Positions 56,305-64,000 of a DNA stretch of 64,000 nucleotides are shown here, one piece after another (positions within the stretch are counted from its first letter, which is position 1; each line of letters starts with the position of its first letter). Source of the DNA: Candidatus Babeliales bacterium. Lineage in GTDB: Bacteria > Babelota > Babeliae > Babelales > RVW-14. The translations under genes were made by a program, and so were the position numbers. The stretch is from positions 5,503 through 69,502 of the forward strand of contig JBAZSL010000008.1 of assembly GCA_041662445.1 (NCBI GenBank). Reading direction: 5' to 3'. Under the pieces are notes generated by a model, which saw nothing but the letters and a program-made list of their open reading frames with translations, had not been told where the DNA came from and did no database searches.

Positions 56305-57237
56305 GTGGCTCATCATGCGTTTTTATGTGAAAGATGCTTTGTGAATATTATCAAAGAACTTCAAGTTTTAGGCCTGCTTCTTCTGCTTCCTACGTGTCTG
56401 GTTTGCATGGGAAACGGGTTATTGGATAAGCGTGAAAATTTACTTGATCGTACTGAGCGCGTAAAGACAACCGCTAAAAGTGACGCTCTGCAAAAGGTTG
56501 AAGCGTTGCTCACGACGGCATTTAGAGCTCCAGGAACGTCTCTTGCAAGATTAACATTTACCAAAGCACTCAGTTCATTATTACGAGAAGCCGCAAAGAT
56601 TGGCTGCCTAGCTTTGGTTTTACGTAATTTTAATGATATCAGATTGACAAGCATTATCTTAACATTTGCGCCCACAATTATTGATTACGTCTTCATGTAT
56701 ACCCCAGATAAGTTTCTTTCTACTCTCTTAACTATCGAGAAATATGTTGAACAATTAACAGCCGAACAAAAAAAGAATGTTTTGCATTTATTTGAAAAGA
56801 AGCTCTATGATTTGCAGTCGAAACTTTACGCGCAACATTCAATAGATAGAAATACCTGGTTATTTTTCTTCAATGTCCTCCCATTGTTTATTGATATCCC
56901 TCTTGCCTTAGGCATAGCGGTTGTACTTGTTTCGCCAATACTGACTGCGTCCAAAGTAATGCGACATAGCTCTGTCGTTACTCCGCAACAACTACGTAGC
57001 CAGCACATAATAACAATAGGATGTCTCATTGCTGCGTCCTTAATGCTCATAGCGGATATACCATTGATTATGGCACATGCTTGTGACAAAGATCCGATTT
57101 TCGAACAAACCACCGTTGTAAATAGAATTTTACATAGCCTTCAACAGGAAAATTCGAAAATTCAGAGTAATCATCAAGGCAATCCAAGAACAGTAGAAGA
57201 AATAAAAGAATATTTTTCTACGCTGGAAGAGGCATAG
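56305..57237 (+). CDS. hypothetical polytopic membrane protein
   Basis: 310-aa ORF (GTG start in the track, start uncertain) with several hydrophobic helices. No recognised motif. Confidence 0.5.
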   Translation: MAHHAFLCERCFVNIIKELQVLGLLLLLPTCLVCMGNGLLDKRENLLDRTERVKTTAKSDALQKVEALLTTAFRAPGTSLARLTFTKALSSLLREAAKIGCLALVLRNFNDIRLTSIILTFAPTIIDYVFMYTPDKFLSTLLTIEKYVEQLTAEQKKNVLHLFEKKLYDLQSKLYAQHSIDRNTWLFFFNVLPLFIDIPLALGIAVVLVSPILTASKVMRHSSVVTPQQLRSQHIITIGCLIAASLMLIADIPLIMAHACDKDPIFEQTTVVNRILHSLQQENSKIQSNHQGNPRTVEEIKEYFSTLEEA

Positions 57238-57240
57238 TTT

Positions 57241-58158
57241 ATGTCGATTAAAATGATTCGCTTGAGCATTGTATTATTTGGTTTTACCAGCATTATGCAC
57301 ATTGCTAATCCCATGATTTCTACAACGTCCAGCGAGCATAATTTTTATCTTAGCCAACCTACAGTTGCTACCCTCAACGCGGTGATGAATGATTTTCTCA
57401 TCTGGACCGAAAGAAATGGCGCACAAGCCGCCTGGACCGCATGGCAAAAAGTGGTAGATAGCGGCATCTATGAGTCTGTAGCTTTTTTCCCGACACCAAA
57501 AGTTACTGCTGCTTTTGAAAAAATATTTTCGGCGCAGGTCCGCGGCTGGTTTAACAAGCAGCATGAAATACGTTTTAAGCATCTTTCTATTGAAGAAAGC
57601 GAATGTTGCAACATTGTTTACACATGTGCCGTGAAAGCCTTTATCTCTGCCGCATGGTTTCTTGGCGGCAATGAAGCAAGAAGTTCAAAAATACATATTC
57701 AACGGTTCGTTTCAACTGTGCAAATCCTTGTTCAAGAGTTTATTGTTGCTGCTCTTGATGCATGTGCAGGAGACCAAATTGATAGCAACACCAAAGAAGT
57801 CTGCTTGGCATATTTCGATTTCATAAGTGCAATGCTCGGCAGAAACATTAATGAACGGGTTCTGATTACAACAATCAAACTCATTACTGTCAGGCATGAT
57901 CAAATTTCCAGGCTGGAACAAAAAATACATAAACTCAAAGCATTTTCAAACCCGATGATCCAGCAAACATATCTCAGGCTTATAGCACTATGTGAAGATT
58001 TCAGAAAAGCATGGATTGAATGGGATAACCGGTGGGTATTGGGAAAAATAATACACCCGATTTCACCCAAGTTCGATGATATATATGTATTTCGCAATGC
58101 GTATAAAGACGTCTTGAAAGATGGCTTCTATCAGCTTCTGGGAATTCGAGCAGTATAG
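57241..58158 (+). CDS. hypothetical secreted protein
   Basis: 305 aa. N-terminus MSIKMIRLSIVLFGFTSIMHIANP. It lies 3 nt after the previous stop. Confidence 0.5.
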   Translation: MSIKMIRLSIVLFGFTSIMHIANPMISTTSSEHNFYLSQPTVATLNAVMNDFLIWTERNGAQAAWTAWQKVVDSGIYESVAFFPTPKVTAAFEKIFSAQVRGWFNKQHEIRFKHLSIEESECCNIVYTCAVKAFISAAWFLGGNEARSSKIHIQRFVSTVQILVQEFIVAALDACAGDQIDSNTKEVCLAYFDFISAMLGRNINERVLITTIKLITVRHDQISRLEQKIHKLKAFSNPMIQQTYLRLIALCEDFRKAWIEWDNRWVLGKIIHPISPKFDDIYVFRNAYKDVLKDGFYQLLGIRAV

Positions 58159-58229
58159 ATGATTGAATATCCATTATTAATAGCAAGATTTCATATATCC
58201 GTTCGTCCCGACTACGCCCCGGGTGGCTT

Positions 58230-58257
58230 CCGCCGACGCCGCGACTGGCTATGGCGG
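58230..58257 (-). repeat. GC-rich structured repeat, copy F1 (inverted relative to 19190..19213)
   Basis: CCGCC-GAC-GCC-gcgact-GGC-TAT-GGCGG. The minus strand reads CCGCC-ATA-GCC-...-GGC-GTC-GGCGG, as in copy E1. Confidence 0.65.
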
Positions 58258-58290
58258 ACAAGACGTCGGGCGGGCCTGAGTATGTTGTAT

Positions 58291-58325
58291 CGCCTGCCCG
58301 CCGAAGCTATAAAAAGCGAAAGTGG
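58291..58325 (+). repeat. GC-rich structured repeat, copy F2
   Basis: CGCCTGCCCGCCGAAGCTATAAAAAGCGAAAGTGG is a near-copy of CGCCTGCCTCGCCGTAGCTATAAAAAAGCGTAGGTGG at 1967..2003. Confidence 0.7.
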
Positions 58326-58418
58326 AAAGTATGAACTCCTCTAAAATACGTATAGATCAAATTTTTATGGTGTTCATGGTTCGATACATTTTGCTCGCAC
58401 TGTATGCTCGCAAAATAC

Positions 58419-58467
58419 TCCCGCCTTCGCCTGCTTGGCTACGGCGCGCAGGCACCACGAACGGGTT
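58419..58467. repeat. GC-rich patch with CGCCTGC box and GCCTGC/GCAGGC hairpin (probable degenerate family member)
   Basis: CTCCCGCCTTCGCCTGCTTGGCTACGGCGCGCAGGCACCACGAACGGG. Confidence 0.4.
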
Positions 58468-58503
58468 TTGGATTTTCTAATAATATTCGTAGAGTCTCTT
58501 AAC

Positions 58504-61236
58504 TTACTTCGTAATATCCGCCCATGTTTTCCCCGTTCGCAATGTTACCTTGAGGGGAATATTCCAGGCAACAACACGCTCCATCTCTTTTCTTACGATT
58601 GGAGCAATGATAGCTTCTTCGCCTTCAGGTAATTCGATAATGATTTCATCGTGAATTTGCAAAATCATACGTGAATCCAGGCGCTGTTCTACAATTTCTT
58701 TATCAATATTAATCATGGCAATTTTCATGATCTCGGCCTGCGTTCCCTGTACCGGAGTATTGATTGCCATACGTCGTCCGGTGTCGAAGAGTGTTTTGTT
58801 TTTTTCTTTGAGTTCAGGGATATAACGTCGTCGGCCAAACCATGTTTCGACATATCCGGTCGTTACTGCTTTTTCTACGGTTTTTTCCATCCATTGTGCT
58901 GCGGTGGCATAGTGTGCAAAGTATTTTTCGATGTACGCCTTTGCATCACTTTGTTTAATGCCGAGATCTTTTGCCAAACCAAAAGGGCTCATGCCATACA
59001 TGATGCTAAAGTTTATGCGTTTGCCCAGCTGACGTTGCTGCGGCGTAACCTGATCGAGTGCAACGCCAAAGAGTTGCGCGGCCGTTTCGGTATGAATGTC
59101 ACGGTCCTCGTTGAAAATGGCAATCAATGTTGGGTCTTGGGTGAGGTAGGCAAGAACGCGTAGTTCGATCTGAGAATAGTCGGCAGACATCAATATTTTC
59201 CCTGGTGGCGCTATAAATGCTGATCGAATACGAATACCAAAACCTTGTGCTGTGGGAATGTTCTGCATGTTAGGATCAGAGCTTGAAATTCTCCCCGTTG
59301 CAACCATGGTTTGACTGAATGTTGTATGAACCCGTCCGGTGGTTGGGTTGATGAATGTTGGAAGGGGGGTAATGTAGGTATTTTTAAGCTTTGAAAGTTC
59401 GCGATGTTGCAAGATAAGTCCCGGAATTGGGTGTATATCGCGCAGCTCCTGCAGTACTTCATGATCAGTTGACCGTTGTCCCTTATCACTCTTTTTGATA
59501 ACCGGTAGCTGAAGAATGTCGAAAAGCAATCGTTCTATTTGACGAGGCGAATTGAGATTAAATTCCGTTCGCGTTAGTTCAGTTTTAGTTTCAATGGCAC
59601 CAAAAATCTTATTTTCAAGGGTGCCCAGCGCCTTAGTAACCTCCGTACCAATACCTGCAAGAACTTCAGGATCCAGAAGTATACCGACCTGTTCCATGCG
59701 CACGAGGACCCAATAAAAGGGCATCTCAATGGTATGAAATATTTCTTTAAGTCGGGGCTCTTTATCCAGTTCTTCCTGAAGTAATGGTTTAAGTTTAAAC
59801 GTTTGAAGCGCGTCATGTGCGCCATACGGAGCCGCCTCATCAAGGGGAACATCGGCAAATGATTTGCGTTTGCCGAGTACTGCATCAAATTTTTTCATTG
59901 GCTCATGTAAGTAAATCAAAGAAAGCTCTTTGAGATTTATTTTTTGCCATTCCTTGCGTACAAGGTTGGCCGCCAACAAAGTATCAAAGGCAACAGGGCG
60001 TATAGCTATACCATTATTCCAGAGCACGAGTTGGTCAAATTTTGCATGCTGCATGATGAGGTCATAATCGGTGCTTTCAAGAAGTGGCCTAAGAAGCTCA
60101 AGCGCCCGTGTGCGTTCGATCTGTCCGCCTTCAGTATGCCCCAGTGGAACATAATATGCTGTGTGCTTGTCTGCGGCAAATGAAATGCCAACAAGACTGT
60201 CTTTGAGCGGCATGCATCCGCTTGTTTCGGTATCGAGTCCGAAAGACGTGTGTTGTGTAAGAAATGCAATCATGTCCTTAAGCGCTTGCTCATCACGAGG
60301 TACTACCAGTTTCCATTGGAGGGGTTCTGGTTGTTGGGTGCCAAAAATAGAAGCATTAGTCTCCAGTGATGGCGGAGGTGTATGTTTTTCTATTTCTTTG
60401 AGCATGCTTCCAAATTCAAGTTCACGGAAAATCGGCGCTGCACCGCTCCAGTTATGTTTGTCGTAGGTGAGCATGGTTATGTTGTGCAAAAGTGGTGGGG
60501 GCTTGAGGGTAAAGAGTTGAAGACTTAGAAATGCTTTGTCTTTTTGTTCGGTGAGCAGCTTTTTCGTGCGTTCTTTATCAACCTTATCAAGATTGTTATA
60601 GAGATCTTCAAGCGAAGCAAATTGTGTCACCAAATTTTTTGCTGTTTTTTCACCAATGCCAGCCACGCCCGGAATATTATCAGAGGTATCTCCCACCAAC
60701 GCATAAAAAAATGGAACTTTGCTGGGAGGAAAACCCTCTTCGGCCGTGTAAATTTTTTGGTCAATGAACCGATTTTTAAATGGATCAAATATGGTTAAAT
60801 TGTCTGAAAGCAATTGGTACATGTCCTTATCGGGACAGACCAGGACGACAGGATGATCTTTGCATCCCTCGGCCAAAGCAGCAATGATATCATCTGCCTC
60901 GTACCCCTCATGGGTAAGTGAGGGCATTTTTATTGCATCAAGAAACTTTAAAATATATGTTTTTTGGTCAAACAGATCCCGTGGCGGCGCTTGCCGTGTC
61001 GCTTTGTATTCGGCATACAATGTGCTACGAAAGGTTTTAGTCTTGCCATCCCACGCAACGGCGACATAAGCTGGGTCGAAATCGTCGATAAGTTTTTTGA
61101 TAGTGCGGCAAAACCCATACGTTGCCTGGGTTGGTATTCCTGCCGATGTATAAAGGGGCCGTATGGCGTAAAATGAACGGTAAAGAAGGTATGAGCCGTC
61201 GATGATAAACAGGGCGTTCTTTGGAATATTTTGCAC
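58504..61236 (-). CDS. polA: DNA polymerase I (5'-3' exo, 3'-5' exo-like and polymerase domains)
   Basis: 910 aa. Pol A motifs DYSQIELRVLA, RRMAINTPVQGTQAEIMK and QIHDEIIIE. N-terminal 5' nuclease motif GDTSDNIPGV. Confidence 0.93.
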   Translation of the reverse strand: MQNIPKNALFIIDGSYLLYRSFYAIRPLYTSAGIPTQATYGFCRTIKKLIDDFDPAYVAVAWDGKTKTFRSTLYAEYKATRQAPPRDLFDQKTYILKFLDAIKMPSLTHEGYEADDIIAALAEGCKDHPVVLVCPDKDMYQLLSDNLTIFDPFKNRFIDQKIYTAEEGFPPSKVPFFYALVGDTSDNIPGVAGIGEKTAKNLVTQFASLEDLYNNLDKVDKERTKKLLTEQKDKAFLSLQLFTLKPPPLLHNITMLTYDKHNWSGAAPIFRELEFGSMLKEIEKHTPPPSLETNASIFGTQQPEPLQWKLVVPRDEQALKDMIAFLTQHTSFGLDTETSGCMPLKDSLVGISFAADKHTAYYVPLGHTEGGQIERTRALELLRPLLESTDYDLIMQHAKFDQLVLWNNGIAIRPVAFDTLLAANLVRKEWQKINLKELSLIYLHEPMKKFDAVLGKRKSFADVPLDEAAPYGAHDALQTFKLKPLLQEELDKEPRLKEIFHTIEMPFYWVLVRMEQVGILLDPEVLAGIGTEVTKALGTLENKIFGAIETKTELTRTEFNLNSPRQIERLLFDILQLPVIKKSDKGQRSTDHEVLQELRDIHPIPGLILQHRELSKLKNTYITPLPTFINPTTGRVHTTFSQTMVATGRISSSDPNMQNIPTAQGFGIRIRSAFIAPPGKILMSADYSQIELRVLAYLTQDPTLIAIFNEDRDIHTETAAQLFGVALDQVTPQQRQLGKRINFSIMYGMSPFGLAKDLGIKQSDAKAYIEKYFAHYATAAQWMEKTVEKAVTTGYVETWFGRRRYIPELKEKNKTLFDTGRRMAINTPVQGTQAEIMKIAMINIDKEIVEQRLDSRMILQIHDEIIIELPEGEEAIIAPIVRKEMERVVAWNIPLKVTLRTGKTWADITK

Positions 61237-61336
61237 GGCCTTCCTTTCGCAAAGAGCTTCGAACTTCTACTTTTGGGAAATTGCTTTATGCTTCAGTATA
61301 CTGTGGTCAAAAAAAAGCAATATATAACGGTTGAAT

Positions 61337-61768
61337 ATGCGAATATTAGCTCTTGATCTTGGCGACCGATGGGTGGGGACGGCGCTTTCAGATGCACTCG
61401 GCATTACGTGCAAGCCCTACAAAACAGTTACGGTGCCCGAGTTACACGACTTTCTACGGGTAGTCATACCCCAGGAACGCGTTACCACGGTGGTCATTGG
61501 TTATCCCAAGACATTTTCCGGTGGCCAGAGCGATCAAACGCGTAAGGTTGTAGCGGTCAAAGAAAAGCTTGAACAACAGTTTGGTACGGTTAACGACGTT
61601 GCTATTGCGTGGATCTTGTGGGATGAGCGATTAAGTAGTAAGCGTGCGGCTGAACTTGTGCAAAAGGCGAGAACTCCTGAAGAGAAGCAAAAAAGTCATT
61701 CAATTGCCGCTGCTTTTATTTTGCAAAACTATCTCGATCATTTAGCTTTATCTCGGCAAGAATTTTAA
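61337..61768 (+). CDS. ruvX: Holliday-junction resolvase-like nuclease RuvX/YqgF
   Basis: MRILALDLGDRWVGTALSD. I prefer the ATG at 61337 over the track's TTG at 61331. Confidence 0.85.
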   Translation: MRILALDLGDRWVGTALSDALGITCKPYKTVTVPELHDFLRVVIPQERVTTVVIGYPKTFSGGQSDQTRKVVAVKEKLEQQFGTVNDVAIAWILWDERLSSKRAAELVQKARTPEEKQKSHSIAAAFILQNYLDHLALSRQEF

Positions 61769-61786
61769 ACAATCACGAATTATTTT

Positions 61787-62338
61787 ATGGGGATCGGTAT
61801 GTACGCTGGATTATTGATTAAGAAGAGTATTTTGTTTTTAGGTCTTGCTGGTGCGATGAATATAACCGTAAGCCTGGCTATGGATGCAGCTTGGCGATCT
61901 GCGGATATGGCGGAGATGTTAAACCGGATAGAGAATAAAGATCTGGAGATTGAGGGGAAATTTTACACGGCGATCGAAGAATATGTGCAGCAGGCGTCAG
62001 AAATCGCTCAACGTGGTGACGTTGTTGGCATTCAGTGTCACCATGCACAAGCGTATGATCTTTTTACGATGCTTGAATCAATAAAAATTGAATATATACA
62101 ACGACGTTGTGCTCTCGTATTAAAAAAAGTTTGTGACTTCTATCTAACCAGAATTTTGTCGGCGCTTGATCAGGTAAAGAAGCAGGAAGAGAGCGCACTG
62201 ATTATGTATATGCGTTCCGCTCCTGAAGAAAAGTTTGATCGCGAAAAGTTTAATCAACAACGGCGATCGGTTTTGATTAATATGACGCCTGAATATGGCG
62301 TACTGCTACACGAAATCAAAGAATTGATGGCTGTATAG
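61787..62338 (+). CDS. hypothetical secreted or membrane-anchored protein
   Basis: 183 aa with an N-terminal hydrophobic segment (LLIKKSILFLGLAGAMNITVSLA). The rest looks helical. Confidence 0.5.
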   Translation: MGIGMYAGLLIKKSILFLGLAGAMNITVSLAMDAAWRSADMAEMLNRIENKDLEIEGKFYTAIEEYVQQASEIAQRGDVVGIQCHHAQAYDLFTMLESIKIEYIQRRCALVLKKVCDFYLTRILSALDQVKKQEESALIMYMRSAPEEKFDREKFNQQRRSVLINMTPEYGVLLHEIKELMAV

Positions 62339-62388
62339 TAAGATACATACTTTATTTTTCAAAACTATCTCGATCATCTTGTATTTGG

Positions 62389-64000
62389 TTACGGCAAAAA
62401 GTCCTTAATGTACTTGTTGATGATGGCATCAATGTCTGACTGGGTGACGCCTCTTTCTTTCCATGCTTCGTGAGCAACGTTTTTTTGTACTGAAAGCATG
62501 TTGTTTTTAAGACTTTGTTTTTTCTTGGCAAGGAAAGTGGTACATAACGCTTGTAACTTACGTCCTCTCTCTTGTACAAAAGAATCGTAATTGGCAAGGG
62601 CATCCAAGGCAGCCTTGCTGGCGGCATCAAAACCTTTACCTTTGGCAACAAGTGCGTTGAGTAAGCTGAGTTTTGCAGAGAATGTGCTTCGTATGAGGCC
62701 TTGTTTGTGAAGATCCCAAGCGGCAGCTTGTATGTCAGCCTGAAAATTTGGAAGAACCTGTGCTGCAGCCGCAACGGCTTCATCAAGCCCTTTATCCTTG
62801 GCAACAAGCGCTTCAAATAACTCAAGACCATCATGTTGTACGTCAAGCTCTTGAGTGGATGAGAGAACTCGCGCGACAGCTGCAACGGCCTTATCAAGGC
62901 ACTTATCTTTGTTAAGGCCCTTATCTTTGGCAACAAGAGCTTCAAATAACTCCAGACCATAGCATTGTGTTGAAGAGTCCGACTTCAAGAGTGCTTGTGT
63001 GGCAGCATTAATGGCGGCCTCGAACCATTTGTCCTTGGCGACAAATTTCTTAAATAACTCAAAACCATTACGTTGCACTAAATAGTTTTGACTTGAAAGA
63101 GTTTGCATGGCGGCGTCAATGGCGGCATCAATTCCTTGCCCATTGTCAACGAGCGTTTCAATTAACTCAATGGCACTAAAAGAGTAATGATATAAAAGAT
63201 CTTGTGTGGCTGCAGAGAGTGCCTTTTTAAGCTCGGTGTCATCAAGAAAGTTGGGTAATTTCAGTTTAATATAATGTAGCCATACCGTGCAGATACCAGA
63301 TATCCGAGGTCCTACATCAGCGTGCTTACTGACAGAAAGTAAAAAAAGGTCTCTCAGCTGCGGTCCAAACATAAGCCGTTTGAGATAATAACTCGATACA
63401 TAATCCGGATCATCCAAACGAAGAGAGAAAAGGACAAGGTATTTATGTGCCGGCGCGGACAGGTTACTTACGGTTTTTGCAGTTCTTGGTAAAAGAATGA
63501 AAGAATACGGTAGAGCTTTAAGGTATTCGTTGAGATGCTCAATGATTAGTTGGAGTGGTACTTTCTTTTCTTCTTCGGGATCATAAAGCGGAGATGGCTC
63601 AGCCGTTTCCTTTTCTTGTAGCAACGCAAATTTACCATGGTCTTTCTTGACGCTTATGCTGAAAGTTTTCGTTTTGATGGTGATGAATTTATCACCTTTT
63701 AGGTCCAGGCCATCAATACTGTCAAGGTCGATCTGCCCATTCCATTCGTTCCGATAGGTGACATCGTTTGTTGCTATAAGGTTCATGACCTTGGGTAAAT
63801 AGGTTGCAACAAAATCTGGCCTTACAAATTCTCGTGCAATAGGGTTTTGATCGGTAAAAAGACCAAGATTAAGCAGGGTATCAAGGACAATGATAATATT
63901 GCGTGCGGATGGTTGTATTTCATAGCCAAGTGCATCACTTTCAATGATGCCATACTTGTGATCGTCCAAAAAAACTTTCAATGGATTGTACTCGCCAGCA
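62389..64000 (-). CDS. HEAT/ARM-like repeat protein; N-terminus probably outside the window
   Basis: The track starts it at a TTG (63981), but the frame stays open to the window end. The C-terminal half has repeats of about 36-43 aa of the form G(L/F)ELFEALVAKDKG(L/F)D.AV.AA..(V/A)L. Confidence 0.65.
   Translation of the reverse strand, partial: AGEYNPLKVFLDDHKYGIIESDALGYEIQPSARNIIIVLDTLLNLGLFTDQNPIAREFVRPDFVATYLPKVMNLIATNDVTYRNEWNGQIDLDSIDGLDLKGDKFITIKTKTFSISVKKDHGKFALLQEKETAEPSPLYDPEEEKKVPLQLIIEHLNEYLKALPYSFILLPRTAKTVSNLSAPAHKYLVLFSLRLDDPDYVSSYYLKRLMFGPQLRDLFLLSVSKHADVGPRISGICTVWLHYIKLKLPNFLDDTELKKALSAATQDLLYHYSFSAIELIETLVDNGQGIDAAIDAAMQTLSSQNYLVQRNGFELFKKFVAKDKWFEAAINAATQALLKSDSSTQCYGLELFEALVAKDKGLNKDKCLDKAVAAVARVLSSTQELDVQHDGLELFEALVAKDKGLDEAVAAAAQVLPNFQADIQAAAWDLHKQGLIRSTFSAKLSLLNALVAKGKGFDAASKAALDALANYDSFVQERGRKLQALCTTFLAKKKQSLKNNMLSVQKNVAHEAWKERGVTQSDIDAIINKYIKDFLP

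Overview
64-kb chromosomal window from a moderately AT-rich bacterium. About 55 genes are tightly packed and mostly on the minus strand, and there are 5 tRNAs (Glu-UUC, Lys-UUU, initiator Met-CAU, Leu-CAA, Asp-GUC). The housekeeping backbone is confidently recognisable by motif: mgtE, rluD, galU, pheS, mraY, an NtrY-type histidine kinase, HIT, hisS, hutH, gnd, zwf, recD2, birA, smpB, rpmA, secF, rho, tsaD, polA, ruvX. Many signal-peptide proteins of unknown function and eukaryote-like repeat proteins (ankyrin, WD40/YVTN-like beta-propellers, HEAT-like repeats) are interspersed. This suggests, by inference only, a host-associated or intracellular lifestyle. I cannot assign a taxon. Main points worth follow-up: (1) a family of G+C-rich structured intergenic repeats with a conserved stem/3x3 internal loop/stem design and compensatory changes. 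It sits next to tRNAs and at gene 3' ends, and two copies bracket a higBA-like toxin-antitoxin module. (2) A tRNA-Asp-linked accessory block (19.5-31 kb) holds a clostripain-like peptidase, an ankyrin protein with a possible His/Cys dyad, and two paralogous beta-helix/beta-propeller proteins. One of these is split exactly at an in-phase T_TTT_TTA heptamer. (3) Three small secreted paralogs are interleaved with zwf and gnd. (4) A 1400-aa secreted protein carries three internal modules that I recall as FAMeT-like (Methyltransf_FA). (5) A free-standing GIY-YIG nuclease has five repeated DNA-binding modules. No CRISPR array, rRNA, integrase or transposase was seen. All family assignments are motif recognition by eye, and no database search was run.
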